Source: a virus (Duplodnaviria; Caudoviricetes). Taken from it: a DNA stretch of 64,000 nucleotides. The stretch covers positions 29,325 to 93,324 of the IMG/VR virus record IMGVR_UViG_3300032138_000006; one strand, written 5' to 3'. The notes under the pieces were generated by a model. That model worked only from the letters and a program-made list of their open reading frames with translations, did no database searches and was not told the origin of the DNA. A program made the translations under genes and the position numbers. This document shows, piece by piece, positions 33,515 through 42,111 of the stretch; position 1 is the first letter of the stretch; every line of letters begins with the position of its first letter.

Positions 33515-33833
33515 CGTTAAATTGACAGAAGTGGTTTCAAAGAGGTCTCTTGCAAACGAAGGTACCGCTGCCGTGAAGGAGACATACACGTTGCGCGAGG
33601 TTTATATCAATCCTGAGCATGTTGTGTGCATGCGCACAGACAATCTGATGAAGCGCCGACTAGCTGAAAATTTGCTGCCGAATGATTTGGATGATCGTCA
33701 GGAATTTACAAAGATTTATATTAACCGCGGTCATGCTGGGTTGGACATCACTGTCGTGGGGTCTCCAAGCATTATCCAAAATAAAATGTTTGAAACTGCG
33801 AAACAGGTTAAAAGAGAAATATTAAAGGGTTAG
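33507..33833 (+). CDS. Hypothetical protein with FlbD-like motif
   Basis: VKLT...VYINPEHVVCM...TKIY...ITVVGSP. Confidence 0.5.
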   Translation: MNNVKLTEVVSKRSLANEGTAAVKETYTLREVYINPEHVVCMRTDNLMKRRLAENLLPNDLDDRQEFTKIYINRGHAGLDITVVGSPSIIQNKMFETAKQVKREILKG

Positions 33834-33839
33834 TTTACT

Positions 33840-34130
33840 ATGGCAATGTACTTTCATGTGTTTGGAAAAAAGCGCTGTAAATACTGCACAAAAGCAGTAA
33901 AACTTTTGCAGTCAAAAAAACTAGATTATGTGGTGTCTTACTTAGATCATGCACCAGCCTCCTTAAACGAGTTGAAGCGTGGTGTTGATTGGAAAACCGT
34001 GCCAATTGTCTTGGAGGTATTGAATGACACCTCTGTGTTTGTTGGCGGCTTTACTGAATTGGAGAAATACCTAGATGGGTCGTACGAGAAAAAAGAAGAG
34101 GGTCGCGGAGAAGGTACCGATAACGGCTGA
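33840..34130 (+). CDS. Glutaredoxin
   Basis: CKYC, TVP, FVGGFTEL. Confidence 0.9.
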   Translation: MAMYFHVFGKKRCKYCTKAVKLLQSKKLDYVVSYLDHAPASLNELKRGVDWKTVPIVLEVLNDTSVFVGGFTELEKYLDGSYEKKEEGRGEGTDNG

Positions 34131-34536
34131 GCCGATTCCTTGCGAACTTCGTTCAATATCAGAATATCCGAGCCTGCTTCCATCATGGAATCCGGACAAG
34201 TTTCGAAAGGGTCGTTATGCGGGTAGTGCTTATTCATCAACGCACAAAAAAGAATATGCAGTAATTGTATATATCGACGGTGAGTTCGAGCCTCTTCGCT
34301 CGCAGGGCATGCTTGATGAGGAAATATTGGCGGGATGCATTGCAACGTTGAACAAAGCGCCTCCAAGAAAGAAGTATGCGAAAAAAGCACCAAAGGCACC
34401 GTATGGAGATCTTCGTATTCTTCAGTGGCAAGCAAAAGAATATTCCGCCACTGGAAAGCTGTCTTATGTTGTCGTATTAGGCACCAATCAGAAAAAAAAC
34501 AAAAACTTTTGGGGCGTCGGATTGGGGAAAAAGTAG
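34075..34536 (+). CDS. Hypothetical basic protein
   Basis: GGAG RBS; abuts the next gene. Confidence 0.5.
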   Translation: MGRTRKKKRVAEKVPITAEPIPCELRSISEYPSLLPSWNPDKFRKGRYAGSAYSSTHKKEYAVIVYIDGEFEPLRSQGMLDEEILAGCIATLNKAPPRKKYAKKAPKAPYGDLRILQWQAKEYSATGKLSYVVVLGTNQKKNKNFWGVGLGKK

Positions 34537-34884
34537 ATGGAAGATCGCGGATTTCTTTTGCCGAAACCACAGTGCGAAAAGCTTTTTCGAGAAACAAGCA
34601 CGCGCATGATGCTTGTTAGATCTCACCTTCATGAATATTCTGATTTAAAGAAAAAAGAAAATCAGGATATATTAAGGATCCTTTGCGAATTATTTGTTAG
34701 CCTCGATGGGCTGGCTGAAATATTGAAGCTGGCAAAGTCTGGTCCAACTCAATCTCACGAGGGCGAGGACCACTATGTGATCACCGAGGAGGAGGGGTTC
34801 ATCCTCCAGTCCCTATTTCTTCCCACCATCATGGAATTAAAAAATCGCGCCGATTTGTACGGACTGAGCTTGACGATTAATTAG
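34537..34884 (+). CDS. Hypothetical protein
   Basis: 115 aa, tightly packed. Confidence 0.5.
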   Translation: MEDRGFLLPKPQCEKLFRETSTRMMLVRSHLHEYSDLKKKENQDILRILCELFVSLDGLAEILKLAKSGPTQSHEGEDHYVITEEEGFILQSLFLPTIMELKNRADLYGLSLTIN

Positions 34885-34885
34885 T

Positions 34886-35800
34886 ATGGATTCTGTTAAC
34901 GAAAGGTTTAAAGACTTTGCAAAGTCTCACTGCTGGCAGTACGAGATGCGCATTCGTAATTTAGAGGACGATATGTTAGCAGCGGGGCTTTGCGAGTACT
35001 CGGCTGCGCAGCTTCGCATCGACGACTTCGTTTTTGAGCATATATCAAAGGAAGACAAGGAACAGTGCCAAGAGATTAAGCGGTTTATTGAACGACACGA
35101 GTGGCTTGGAAAACTAAGCCAAAGAAGCACACATCGGTTTACAGCGAGGCTTAAGAACGGCACCCTCGCAGGCGTTGTTATTATGGCAACTCCAAATGCT
35201 TTTTCGAATCTACTGGGAAGGGAGAACCGGGACAAGGAAAAGTTGATTTCACGGGGGGCTTGTATTTCGTGGGCTCCTAAAAATCTTGCCTCTTGGCTCA
35301 TTATGAATTCTATAAAGTGGATGGTCAAGAACACAGAATTCAGGTACTTCACCGCGTACTCAGACCCGGAAGCCAAAGAACTCGGCACAATATATCAAGC
35401 GTGCAACTTTTATTATTTAGGGCAAACTAGCGGCACTACACATCAATATCTTGATCCCATTCGCCCAGAGAAGGGCTGGTTTAGTGATCGTGATTTCAGA
35501 AAGAAGTCAAAATATTTTAAATATGCTGAGGCAATAGGGATCACTAGAGACACTTGGAAGGGTTGGATGAAAAAGTATTCTCCAGACTGGGAGAAGGTCC
35601 CGCCAGATATTAAAATAAAAATTAAAGAACAAGAGCGGATTTACCGAGACAGTTGTAAGAAAAGAAAGGTGCCAGCCAAGCACAAGTATTGTTATATCTT
35701 AGGTCAAACGAAGTCTGAAACAGCACGCCTAAAAAATATTTTTGCAGAAAAAAGTCCAGATAAGGCAAACCTACCTTATCCGAAAAATAGAGGAAAATGA
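34886..35800 (+). CDS. Mom-family (GNAT) DNA base-modification enzyme
   Basis: FIERHEWLG, PKNLASWLI, TAYSDP, GTIYQACNFYYLG. Confidence 0.75.
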   Translation: MDSVNERFKDFAKSHCWQYEMRIRNLEDDMLAAGLCEYSAAQLRIDDFVFEHISKEDKEQCQEIKRFIERHEWLGKLSQRSTHRFTARLKNGTLAGVVIMATPNAFSNLLGRENRDKEKLISRGACISWAPKNLASWLIMNSIKWMVKNTEFRYFTAYSDPEAKELGTIYQACNFYYLGQTSGTTHQYLDPIRPEKGWFSDRDFRKKSKYFKYAEAIGITRDTWKGWMKKYSPDWEKVPPDIKIKIKEQERIYRDSCKKRKVPAKHKYCYILGQTKSETARLKNIFAEKSPDKANLPYPKNRGK

Positions 35801-35828
35801 AGGGGTGCTTTAACCGGCGCTCCTTTTT
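35801..35828 (+). terminator. Intrinsic terminator
   Basis: AGGGGTGCT/GGCGCTCCT hairpin followed by a T tract. Confidence 0.6.
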
Positions 35829-35847
35829 GCATTTTGCTGTAAAACAG

Positions 35848-35856
35848 ACTATTTAT
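35848..35856 (+). promoter_or_regulatory. Putative late promoter ACTATTTAT heading the leader-protein cluster
   Basis: Recurrent motif immediately after a terminator. Confidence 0.55.
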
Positions 35857-35877
35857 CTTACATAGGAGCATGCTTTA

Positions 35878-36174
35878 ATGAACACACTGACCAAACAAGA
35901 TTTAGAAAAACTTATACTTGAAGAGATTGATAAGATGGCTACGACCTCACCAACAATAAATGAGGAATCCGCCGAAACTCCCTTGCCACAGGAAGAGACA
36001 GATCCAACACAGCAATACGTTGATTGGATCGTCGCTATCAACGAAGCTTCACGCGAAGCCATCCAAGAAATTGAGGGTGGTACTGAGCCGTATCAGGCGG
36101 CACTGGGATCAGGGCTCGCCCATCTGGCGCAAGATCTGACCAGTTCTGATTTTTGGCATCACTTTCACGGGTAG
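35878..36174 (+). CDS. Small acidic leader-bearing protein
   Basis: LTKQDLEKLILEEI leader; INE site. Confidence 0.55.
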   Translation: MNTLTKQDLEKLILEEIDKMATTSPTINEESAETPLPQEETDPTQQYVDWIVAINEASREAIQEIEGGTEPYQAALGSGLAHLAQDLTSSDFWHHFHG

Positions 36175-36183
36175 GAGAGAACA

Positions 36184-37158
36184 ATGGGAAAGAAGAGACT
36201 TACAGAAATTGCCATCCGAGAGTGGGGAGAATTTCTTCGCGAGGCACCAGACGCCGCCGCCAAAGCCGCTGAGGCTGGCGCCGCGGCAAGCACAGGCTTG
36301 TCTGATTTATATAAAAAAGCAAAAGATGCAGAAAAGGGGCGGGCAGACGCCATGGCGGATTTGGCAGCATCGACCGATGCGGAGAAGAAGGTGGCTGTTG
36401 CAACACAAAAGCTTGCAAAAGATCGGTCATCTGCATACCAAGGAGCAATCAAGGCTCGTGATGGCGCTAGCAAGCTCCGAGATCAATCCAGCAAGGCTGG
36501 CAAAAAGAAAGAAGACGCCCTTAGCGCAGCAGCCGACGCCCAAGAACAGCAAGCAAAAGCCGAGGAGATGGCAGCAAAAGCCTCAGAAGTTGTGGCTAAG
36601 TCCTCCGAACAAGCCGCATCCGTAGAAGCAGAAATGGCAAAAATCAATGCGCAGTTTGAAAAAACAAATCAAGAATTAAATAAAGCTGCGGAAGAATTCT
36701 CCGATCTTGACGCACAATTTGCGGATGTATCAAAGCAAGCGGCTGGCGCTGCGGATGAGGTAAAGAGCGCACAAGAGGCGGCCGCCGCGGCTCAGGAAGA
36801 GGCTAGCAAGTTAAGCAGCGAGTTTGAAGCAGCGTATCAAGCAGCCAGCGACGCAGCTAAAGATGTCGCCGGAGCGTCTTCAGAGGAAGATCCCGCCGCG
36901 GCAACAGAAGTTCCCGCCGAAGCCGAAGAGGAAGAAGAAGCCGAAGAGGAAGAAGAAGCCGAAGAGGATAAAGAAGAAGAGGAAGCCGAAGAGAAAGATG
37001 CTGATCGTGAAGAGGCGGACAAAGAAGCACAGGCTGACGTTGATGCAAAAAAAGCAGAAGACGAGGCAGAAGCCGAGGCGGAAGAAGCTACGGAAGAACC
37101 GCCGGCGGAAGATATAAAAGAAAGCTTCAGTCGATTTCAAAAAATGTGGAGGGGCTAA
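36184..37158 (+). CDS. Ala/Glu-rich coiled-coil protein (scaffold/internal protein-like)
   Basis: IREWGEFLRE leader; long coiled coil; acidic tail. Confidence 0.6.
   Translation: MGKKRLTEIAIREWGEFLREAPDAAAKAAEAGAAASTGLSDLYKKAKDAEKGRADAMADLAASTDAEKKVAVATQKLAKDRSSAYQGAIKARDGASKLRDQSSKAGKKKEDALSAAADAQEQQAKAEEMAAKASEVVAKSSEQAASVEAEMAKINAQFEKTNQELNKAAEEFSDLDAQFADVSKQAAGAADEVKSAQEAAAAAQEEASKLSSEFEAAYQAASDAAKDVAGASSEEDPAAATEVPAEAEEEEEAEEEEEAEEDKEEEEAEEKDADREEADKEAQADVDAKKAEDEAEAEAEEATEEPPAEDIKESFSRFQKMWRG
36918..36993 (+). repeat. Coding tandem repeat, 18 nt unit GAAGCCGAAGAGGAAGAA
   Basis: About 3-4 units encoding EAEEEE. Confidence 0.7.
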
Positions 37159-37161
37159 TGA

Positions 37162-37458
37162 ATGTCAGCAAGGGCAAGAAAGATTATAAAATGGGTTGGA
37201 GTCTTTTTGGTACTTCTTGCCTTTTGGATGGTGTTGCTATGTGGACCATCAATGGTTAGCGCAGAGACCAAGCCCCCAACGAACACAAAGTCAAAATTTT
37301 ATGACTTCAGCGAGCAGTTGATCGATGGAGAGATCAGGAAACCCCAAGCGCTTTATACAAACTCCCGCGCAAAGGTCAAGTTTGAACGTCTGCTTAGGCT
37401 TAAGAGATCATTTTTGCCAGACCTGATGGAAACCGCAAAGCAAAAAGTTTTTAAATAG
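37162..37458 (+). CDS. CglF/GltF-like exported protein (gliding-motility family)
   Basis: Signal peptide then YDFSEQLIDGEIRKP.....R....FERLLRLKRSFLPDL, matching my recollection of the CglF pattern. Confidence 0.6.
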   Translation: MSARARKIIKWVGVFLVLLAFWMVLLCGPSMVSAETKPPTNTKSKFYDFSEQLIDGEIRKPQALYTNSRAKVKFERLLRLKRSFLPDLMETAKQKVFK

Positions 37459-37471
37459 AAAGGACTACATA

Positions 37472-38440
37472 ATGCGTACCAACAGAGATATGAGGCTGAT
37501 TTTAGAGAATTGGCGAGGATATATAGAAAAGACCGAGAACGATGATCTTGGTACTATTCACTTGTTCGAGAATAGCACAGAAGTATCATCAATGAGTTTT
37601 GATGATTTGCTCAAGGAACATGACAAGGGTGTTATAAGCGAAGAAAGATTCTTTCAAATTTGGGAACAATCAACATCTCACGAATATGATCTGCTTTTGC
37701 AGGAGGGCATCGCGGATGCGCTATCCGGCGCGTTTGAAAGGGCTAAGGGCGGCGCCATAAGAATTAAGGACACAATAACAGACACTGCAAAGGCTGCGCT
37801 CCAAAAAGTCACCAGCTTTTTTACTAGACTTTTGTCTCGTGTTGCTGCGATGATCAAGAAGGGTTTCGATGCTGTTGTTAAAGCAGCCCAGTTTGTATGG
37901 GGCAAGATAAAGGGCTTTAAGGAGAAGCATCCAATTCTTTTTTGGATTATAATTGCCCTTATTATAGCCGCGATCACTGCCGCCGTTTATATGCAGTTGG
38001 TCGACCCCGACACCGCACAGGCAATTGCCCAATGCGCGGGAGGGGCGATGAGCGAGACAGTTGAGTGTGGCGGCGGTATGGCTCTCTCGCAAAACGGCTA
38101 TGAGGCAGCAAGAGGTCTTATCCACGAGATGGGGCAGCATATGAGCAGCGAAGGCGGCGACCCGGCTAATATTGAACTCCTGACGTCAGAGGCAATGCAG
38201 ATTCTTGATTCAGCTAATGGAGATGCTTCAAGCATAGACCTAAGCGAACTCAGCGGCAAGGCGGCAGAACTAGCCAGAGTTGCTGCGGATAATGTTGAAA
38301 AGATAGTCAACGAGATGAAGGGTGGAGATGAACAATCGTTGCAAGATCTTGAAGCGCTCAAAGATATTGGTCAGAGTATAAAACAGTCTTTTGGCGGCAG
38401 CGCGCCACAGGGTCCGACCACTACGGGCGTTGGCTTATAG
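37472..38440 (+). CDS. Leader-bearing protein with an internal TM helix
   Basis: MRLILENWRGYIEKTE; LLQE site; ILFWIIIALIIAAITAAVY. Confidence 0.6.
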   Translation: MRTNRDMRLILENWRGYIEKTENDDLGTIHLFENSTEVSSMSFDDLLKEHDKGVISEERFFQIWEQSTSHEYDLLLQEGIADALSGAFERAKGGAIRIKDTITDTAKAALQKVTSFFTRLLSRVAAMIKKGFDAVVKAAQFVWGKIKGFKEKHPILFWIIIALIIAAITAAVYMQLVDPDTAQAIAQCAGGAMSETVECGGGMALSQNGYEAARGLIHEMGQHMSSEGGDPANIELLTSEAMQILDSANGDASSIDLSELSGKAAELARVAADNVEKIVNEMKGGDEQSLQDLEALKDIGQSIKQSFGGSAPQGPTTTGVGL

Positions 38441-38464
38441 ATTAATGAGGCGGAGATAACGTAC

Positions 38465-39145
38465 ATGGCAGGTTCTTCATATGGCGACGACGCCAACATC
38501 TCTGGCTCCGTCACAATTAATGACGATGGAATTTCGTCGTCAGATCTCCGTGTAGAATCGGACAATGAAACGCATATGTTTTTTGTGGATGCATCCACCA
38601 ACCATGTCGGTGTTGGCACATCATCCCCGCAAGTACCTCTCGATATCTACGAGATGGGCGGGTTGATCCTCGGCTATACTCGTCTAAACAATGCCGACGG
38701 TACTGACAACACAACTTATCAAGTGCAAGCTTCGGGCACCGGCTTTGCTGTGCCAAATAATCGATGGCGAACCGATTTCACAGCCCCAGCCAGCGGAAAG
38801 GTTGAGATTAATTTTAGAGGCGCCTTGGTTTCAAATACGACTGGCGGGACTGACTGGGTAGCTTTGGGCTTGTCAGATAGCGACACATATAATTCCATTG
38901 GGTCAAAATATGAAAAGGTTGTCGACACGCCAACAGAAGTCGCTAGCGCTGGTGTAACACACAGAATTGTGAACCACAGTTGGTTTTGCGACGGGTTGAC
39001 AGCGGGAACGTCCTACTCCATATATATTGGCACGGTTGGAAGAACAACGGCACACTATTGGTATTGGGGCGGATCGGATTCATTCGAGCACGCCGATATT
39101 ATAATTACCACCACTGCCTTGCCCAACACTTTTGTAACGGATTGA
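38465..39145 (+). CDS. Fibre-like virion protein
   Basis: DLRVESDNETHMFFVDASTNHVGVGTSSP repeat-type motif; beta-sandwich-like C-terminus. Confidence 0.6.
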   Translation: MAGSSYGDDANISGSVTINDDGISSSDLRVESDNETHMFFVDASTNHVGVGTSSPQVPLDIYEMGGLILGYTRLNNADGTDNTTYQVQASGTGFAVPNNRWRTDFTAPASGKVEINFRGALVSNTTGGTDWVALGLSDSDTYNSIGSKYEKVVDTPTEVASAGVTHRIVNHSWFCDGLTAGTSYSIYIGTVGRTTAHYWYWGGSDSFEHADIIITTTALPNTFVTD

Positions 39146-39149
39146 TAGT

Positions 39150-39329
39150 ATGATAAACTTGCCCAATATGAAACAAGTTCTGATTGCCTGCGTGGGTATC
39201 AACGTTGCCCTCCTTGCCGGAGGTTTAGCCTTGGAAGACTACCAACTCGTAACACTGGCAGTGCTTTCAGGCGCTTCTTGCTTACTGGGCATCCGTGTTA
39301 GAAGGCAGATCGACGAGGAGCAAGAATGA
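39150..39329 (+). CDS. Small two-TM membrane protein (59 aa, not in the ORF track)
   Basis: MINLPNMKQVLIACVGINVALLAGGLALEDYQLVTLAVLSGASCLLGIRV...; ATGA overlap with the next gene. Confidence 0.55.
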   Translation: MINLPNMKQVLIACVGINVALLAGGLALEDYQLVTLAVLSGASCLLGIRVRRQIDEEQE

Positions 39330-39928
39330 AACTCATAATGGAAAGCTGGCGCAGACACTTGAACGAAAGCGAAACAAACGCGATTGCAGTAGGCTCTTAT
39401 GTTGTCGTTGCTGACGAGCCCGATATCCCGCCGGGACGAGTGATGGAAATAGATGATACGATGGCTGTAGTCCGGTGGAGTAACGGAAGGGAAAATTTTC
39501 AGATGGTCCGCGATCTTCAGGTGGTGAGTGATGTTTCTGAGAGCAAGCACTTGAACGAGGAAGCGATAGGGCAATGCTACCCACACGCTGTACAGATGGC
39601 GAAGGACTGGTATAGCCAGAGCTTGGATATGAGCAAGCCCGTTGGCAAGGGTCGCGTTAGCCCGGACATTGACAACAAAGATAAATTTAAAGTTGTCCAT
39701 GGGCGCATCACCGACAAGTTCAGCGGAGAGAGTGTTCTGCACGCTTGGGTAGAAAAGGAAGATGTGGTATTTGATTGGCAATCTGGCAGCACAAAGCCGG
39801 AAGGGATTTCCAAGGCAGATTATTATGAAATGTACCAGCCCGAACCGCACGAAGAATACACAGCAGAAGAAGCGATGACCGCGTGTATGAGGGCTGGTCA
39901 CCAAGGACCGTGGACGGATAAAGAATGA
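39326..39928 (+). CDS. Leader + SH3-like + papain/transglutaminase-like domain protein
   Basis: MKLIMESWRRHLNE; second HLNE site; GQCY...LHAWVE...VFD triad. Confidence 0.6.
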   Translation: MKLIMESWRRHLNESETNAIAVGSYVVVADEPDIPPGRVMEIDDTMAVVRWSNGRENFQMVRDLQVVSDVSESKHLNEEAIGQCYPHAVQMAKDWYSQSLDMSKPVGKGRVSPDIDNKDKFKVVHGRITDKFSGESVLHAWVEKEDVVFDWQSGSTKPEGISKADYYEMYQPEPHEEYTAEEAMTACMRAGHQGPWTDKE

Positions 39929-41211
39929 AACATTTATTTAACCATTGGCGAGGATATCTCCTAAACGAGGTGACCACTGTTCCCCCGGAACATATGCAAG
40001 CCTTCAAGGATACCATAACCAGTTCCAAGTTCTGGGACTTGCCGCATACTGAAGACGATGTTGACCTTGGCTCCGCAGATGAGCTTACTACAGACGCAGC
40101 CCAAGCACTGATGGATGCTTTGAACGAGACAGCCGAGAGACTGGGCACAGAAATATATTTTCTTTTCACAGTTACCGATGAGGCAGAATACGCACTGGGT
40201 CCAGACAGCCCATATCCCGGTTACCCAGACAACTGGCTAATGCGAGGAGCATACCAAGGACCACAGCAGGGCAAACACGTTGTCTGGTTCCAGTTCCGTC
40301 CATTGGGCGAGGGCTTTGAGATGGACAAGCTCAACCCAACTGCCTTGGTTAAAGTATTGTCACAGACTTTAAATCACGAGCTAGTACACTACTATCAGCT
40401 TAAGAAGCAAGCCGACAGCAAGGGGATCAGTGATGAAGAGGCATGGGCAGAACTAGAGAAGGACCCCAAGCAATTGCCGCAAGATAGCGCAGAGCAGACC
40501 TACCTCGGCTTACATAACGAGATAGATGCTTATGCTCACGAAGCAGCAGAGCAATTGCTGGACAAGCACTCACCAGAAGAGGCACTGGGCATCATCCGCA
40601 AACTATCAGCAGACAATCTGGATCAATACCCAGAGATCTCTTCGGTTATTGAGAAATATATGAAAGCATTTAAGGACGATCCAAAAACACTGGATAAGTT
40701 CCGAAAGAAACTGGTTAGCCAAATTGAAAAGCAGGCAGGTATGCAAGAAATATTTAATAATTGGCGTACCTTTTTAACAGAAGGCGGAGGGCGAACTTTA
40801 TATTATATCGGCAAGGGACCAGCCAAGCCGCAGCCAGCAACAGGTTTGTCTGGCGGTCCTGAAGGCTGGGAGCGATCACAGCACGATGAGCCGGTGGGAA
40901 GCGGAGTATTTTTATCTCCCAATCCCATTGGCATTTATCACAATCACCATGTGACTGGCAATGTATATGCTTACGACGTTTCACACTCGGCAATTAAAAA
41001 AGCCGGTGGGCTTCAAAGACATGACTGGGGGACAGAGGTTTTGTTCCCCGAGGATGTTTGGAATGAGGCTGAGGCTTCCGGAGAGATTAAGTTCCTCGGA
41101 AAGAGCATGGGCAAGGACGAGTTTGAAAAGAAAGCTGACGCCGCCCCAGCCAGCGCAGGGCGAACAAATGTTAGAAAGGTGGCAGAACTAACACAGAGGA
41201 TAAAAGTATAA
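39925..41211 (+). CDS. Leader + HExxH domain + second leader + ART-like domain
   Basis: MKHLFNHWRGYLLNE; NHELVH...EIDAY; MQEIFNNWRTFLTE; LYY...GVFLS...TEVLF. Confidence 0.55.
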   Translation: MKHLFNHWRGYLLNEVTTVPPEHMQAFKDTITSSKFWDLPHTEDDVDLGSADELTTDAAQALMDALNETAERLGTEIYFLFTVTDEAEYALGPDSPYPGYPDNWLMRGAYQGPQQGKHVVWFQFRPLGEGFEMDKLNPTALVKVLSQTLNHELVHYYQLKKQADSKGISDEEAWAELEKDPKQLPQDSAEQTYLGLHNEIDAYAHEAAEQLLDKHSPEEALGIIRKLSADNLDQYPEISSVIEKYMKAFKDDPKTLDKFRKKLVSQIEKQAGMQEIFNNWRTFLTEGGGRTLYYIGKGPAKPQPATGLSGGPEGWERSQHDEPVGSGVFLSPNPIGIYHNHHVTGNVYAYDVSHSAIKKAGGLQRHDWGTEVLFPEDVWNEAEASGEIKFLGKSMGKDEFEKKADAAPASAGRTNVRKVAELTQRIKV

Positions 41212-41663
41212 TGAAACTTATAATGGAAAACTTTAGGAAATTTATTAAAGAGACACAATGGGGAGGCTTTACTGGAGGCGCCGCGCCACTAGACGAACCA
41301 GCACCTGACAGTGGTCAGGTTCCCCCGGAGCAGTTGAGAAAGATGTGGGAGCTTTATATTGAAATGGGTATGAGCCCCGAAGAGATTTTGCAAACCCCAG
41401 AGTTTGTTGAAGCTGGGATTACCGATCCCGAACAACTGCAAGAGGCAATCACTCTCGACATAGAAATCGGAGACATTGTTCTCGGCGGCAAATATAAAAA
41501 TAAAAGAGTTGAAGTAAAAGAGATCGGCACCGATGATATCGGTCAGCCAACAATCAACGGCAAAACACTTTTAAAGTTTAGAATCGAGAAGCAACTACCT
41601 GACAGCAAAAAGAGCAAGAAGACGCTTGATGCGGAGAAAGAGGATGGGCAAACTAAAGATTAA
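41211..41663 (+). CDS. Leader-bearing two-module protein
   Basis: MKLIMENFRKFIKE; LQE followed by ITLDIEIGDIVLGGKYKNK...GQPTING. Confidence 0.6.
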   Translation: MKLIMENFRKFIKETQWGGFTGGAAPLDEPAPDSGQVPPEQLRKMWELYIEMGMSPEEILQTPEFVEAGITDPEQLQEAITLDIEIGDIVLGGKYKNKRVEVKEIGTDDIGQPTINGKTLLKFRIEKQLPDSKKSKKTLDAEKEDGQTKD

Positions 41664-42111
41664 ATCTATTGCAGTGCTTTTGTGGTTCTCCGTGATTGCA
41701 ATTGTCGCCACGGTGATCACGTTATCCTGTGGGACAAACAACAAATATGTGGAAGGCAATACTCAGGTCAGTGTTGAGTATTTCGGCGAACCTATTCATA
41801 ACACCTGCTATCCAAACTTTGTGTGCGAAGTGAGTACGACAGCTTGTGCGGTTGGACTGTACGAGGATGCAACAAAGACTGCGGGTAAGGGAGTGATGGC
41901 TCTTCGCAAGGAGGACTACCGGGATGCTGCTTATCTTTTTTCTTATGCCCTCTGCACCATAATTAATATTGATAAAGTGTTTGAACAAATGAAAGCAGAA
42001 GACAAAGAGGCTTGGGATGAACACCGAGCTAGCGGATTCATTGAAGAAGTCAGAATGACCGGATTGAAGATCGGGATCGTGATTGACCAGATAAAGGACT
42101 TGAACAAGTGA
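41644..42111 (+). CDS. Putative lipoprotein
   Basis: Hydrophobic signal ending TLSC. Confidence 0.5.
   Translation: MGKLKIKSIAVLLWFSVIAIVATVITLSCGTNNKYVEGNTQVSVEYFGEPIHNTCYPNFVCEVSTTACAVGLYEDATKTAGKGVMALRKEDYRDAAYLFSYALCTIINIDKVFEQMKAEDKEAWDEHRASGFIEEVRMTGLKIGIVIDQIKDLNK

Noticed and set aside
36184-37158. Tape measure or TolA-like protein
   Set aside because: Too short for a tape measure and has no TM anchor; the resemblance is compositional only.
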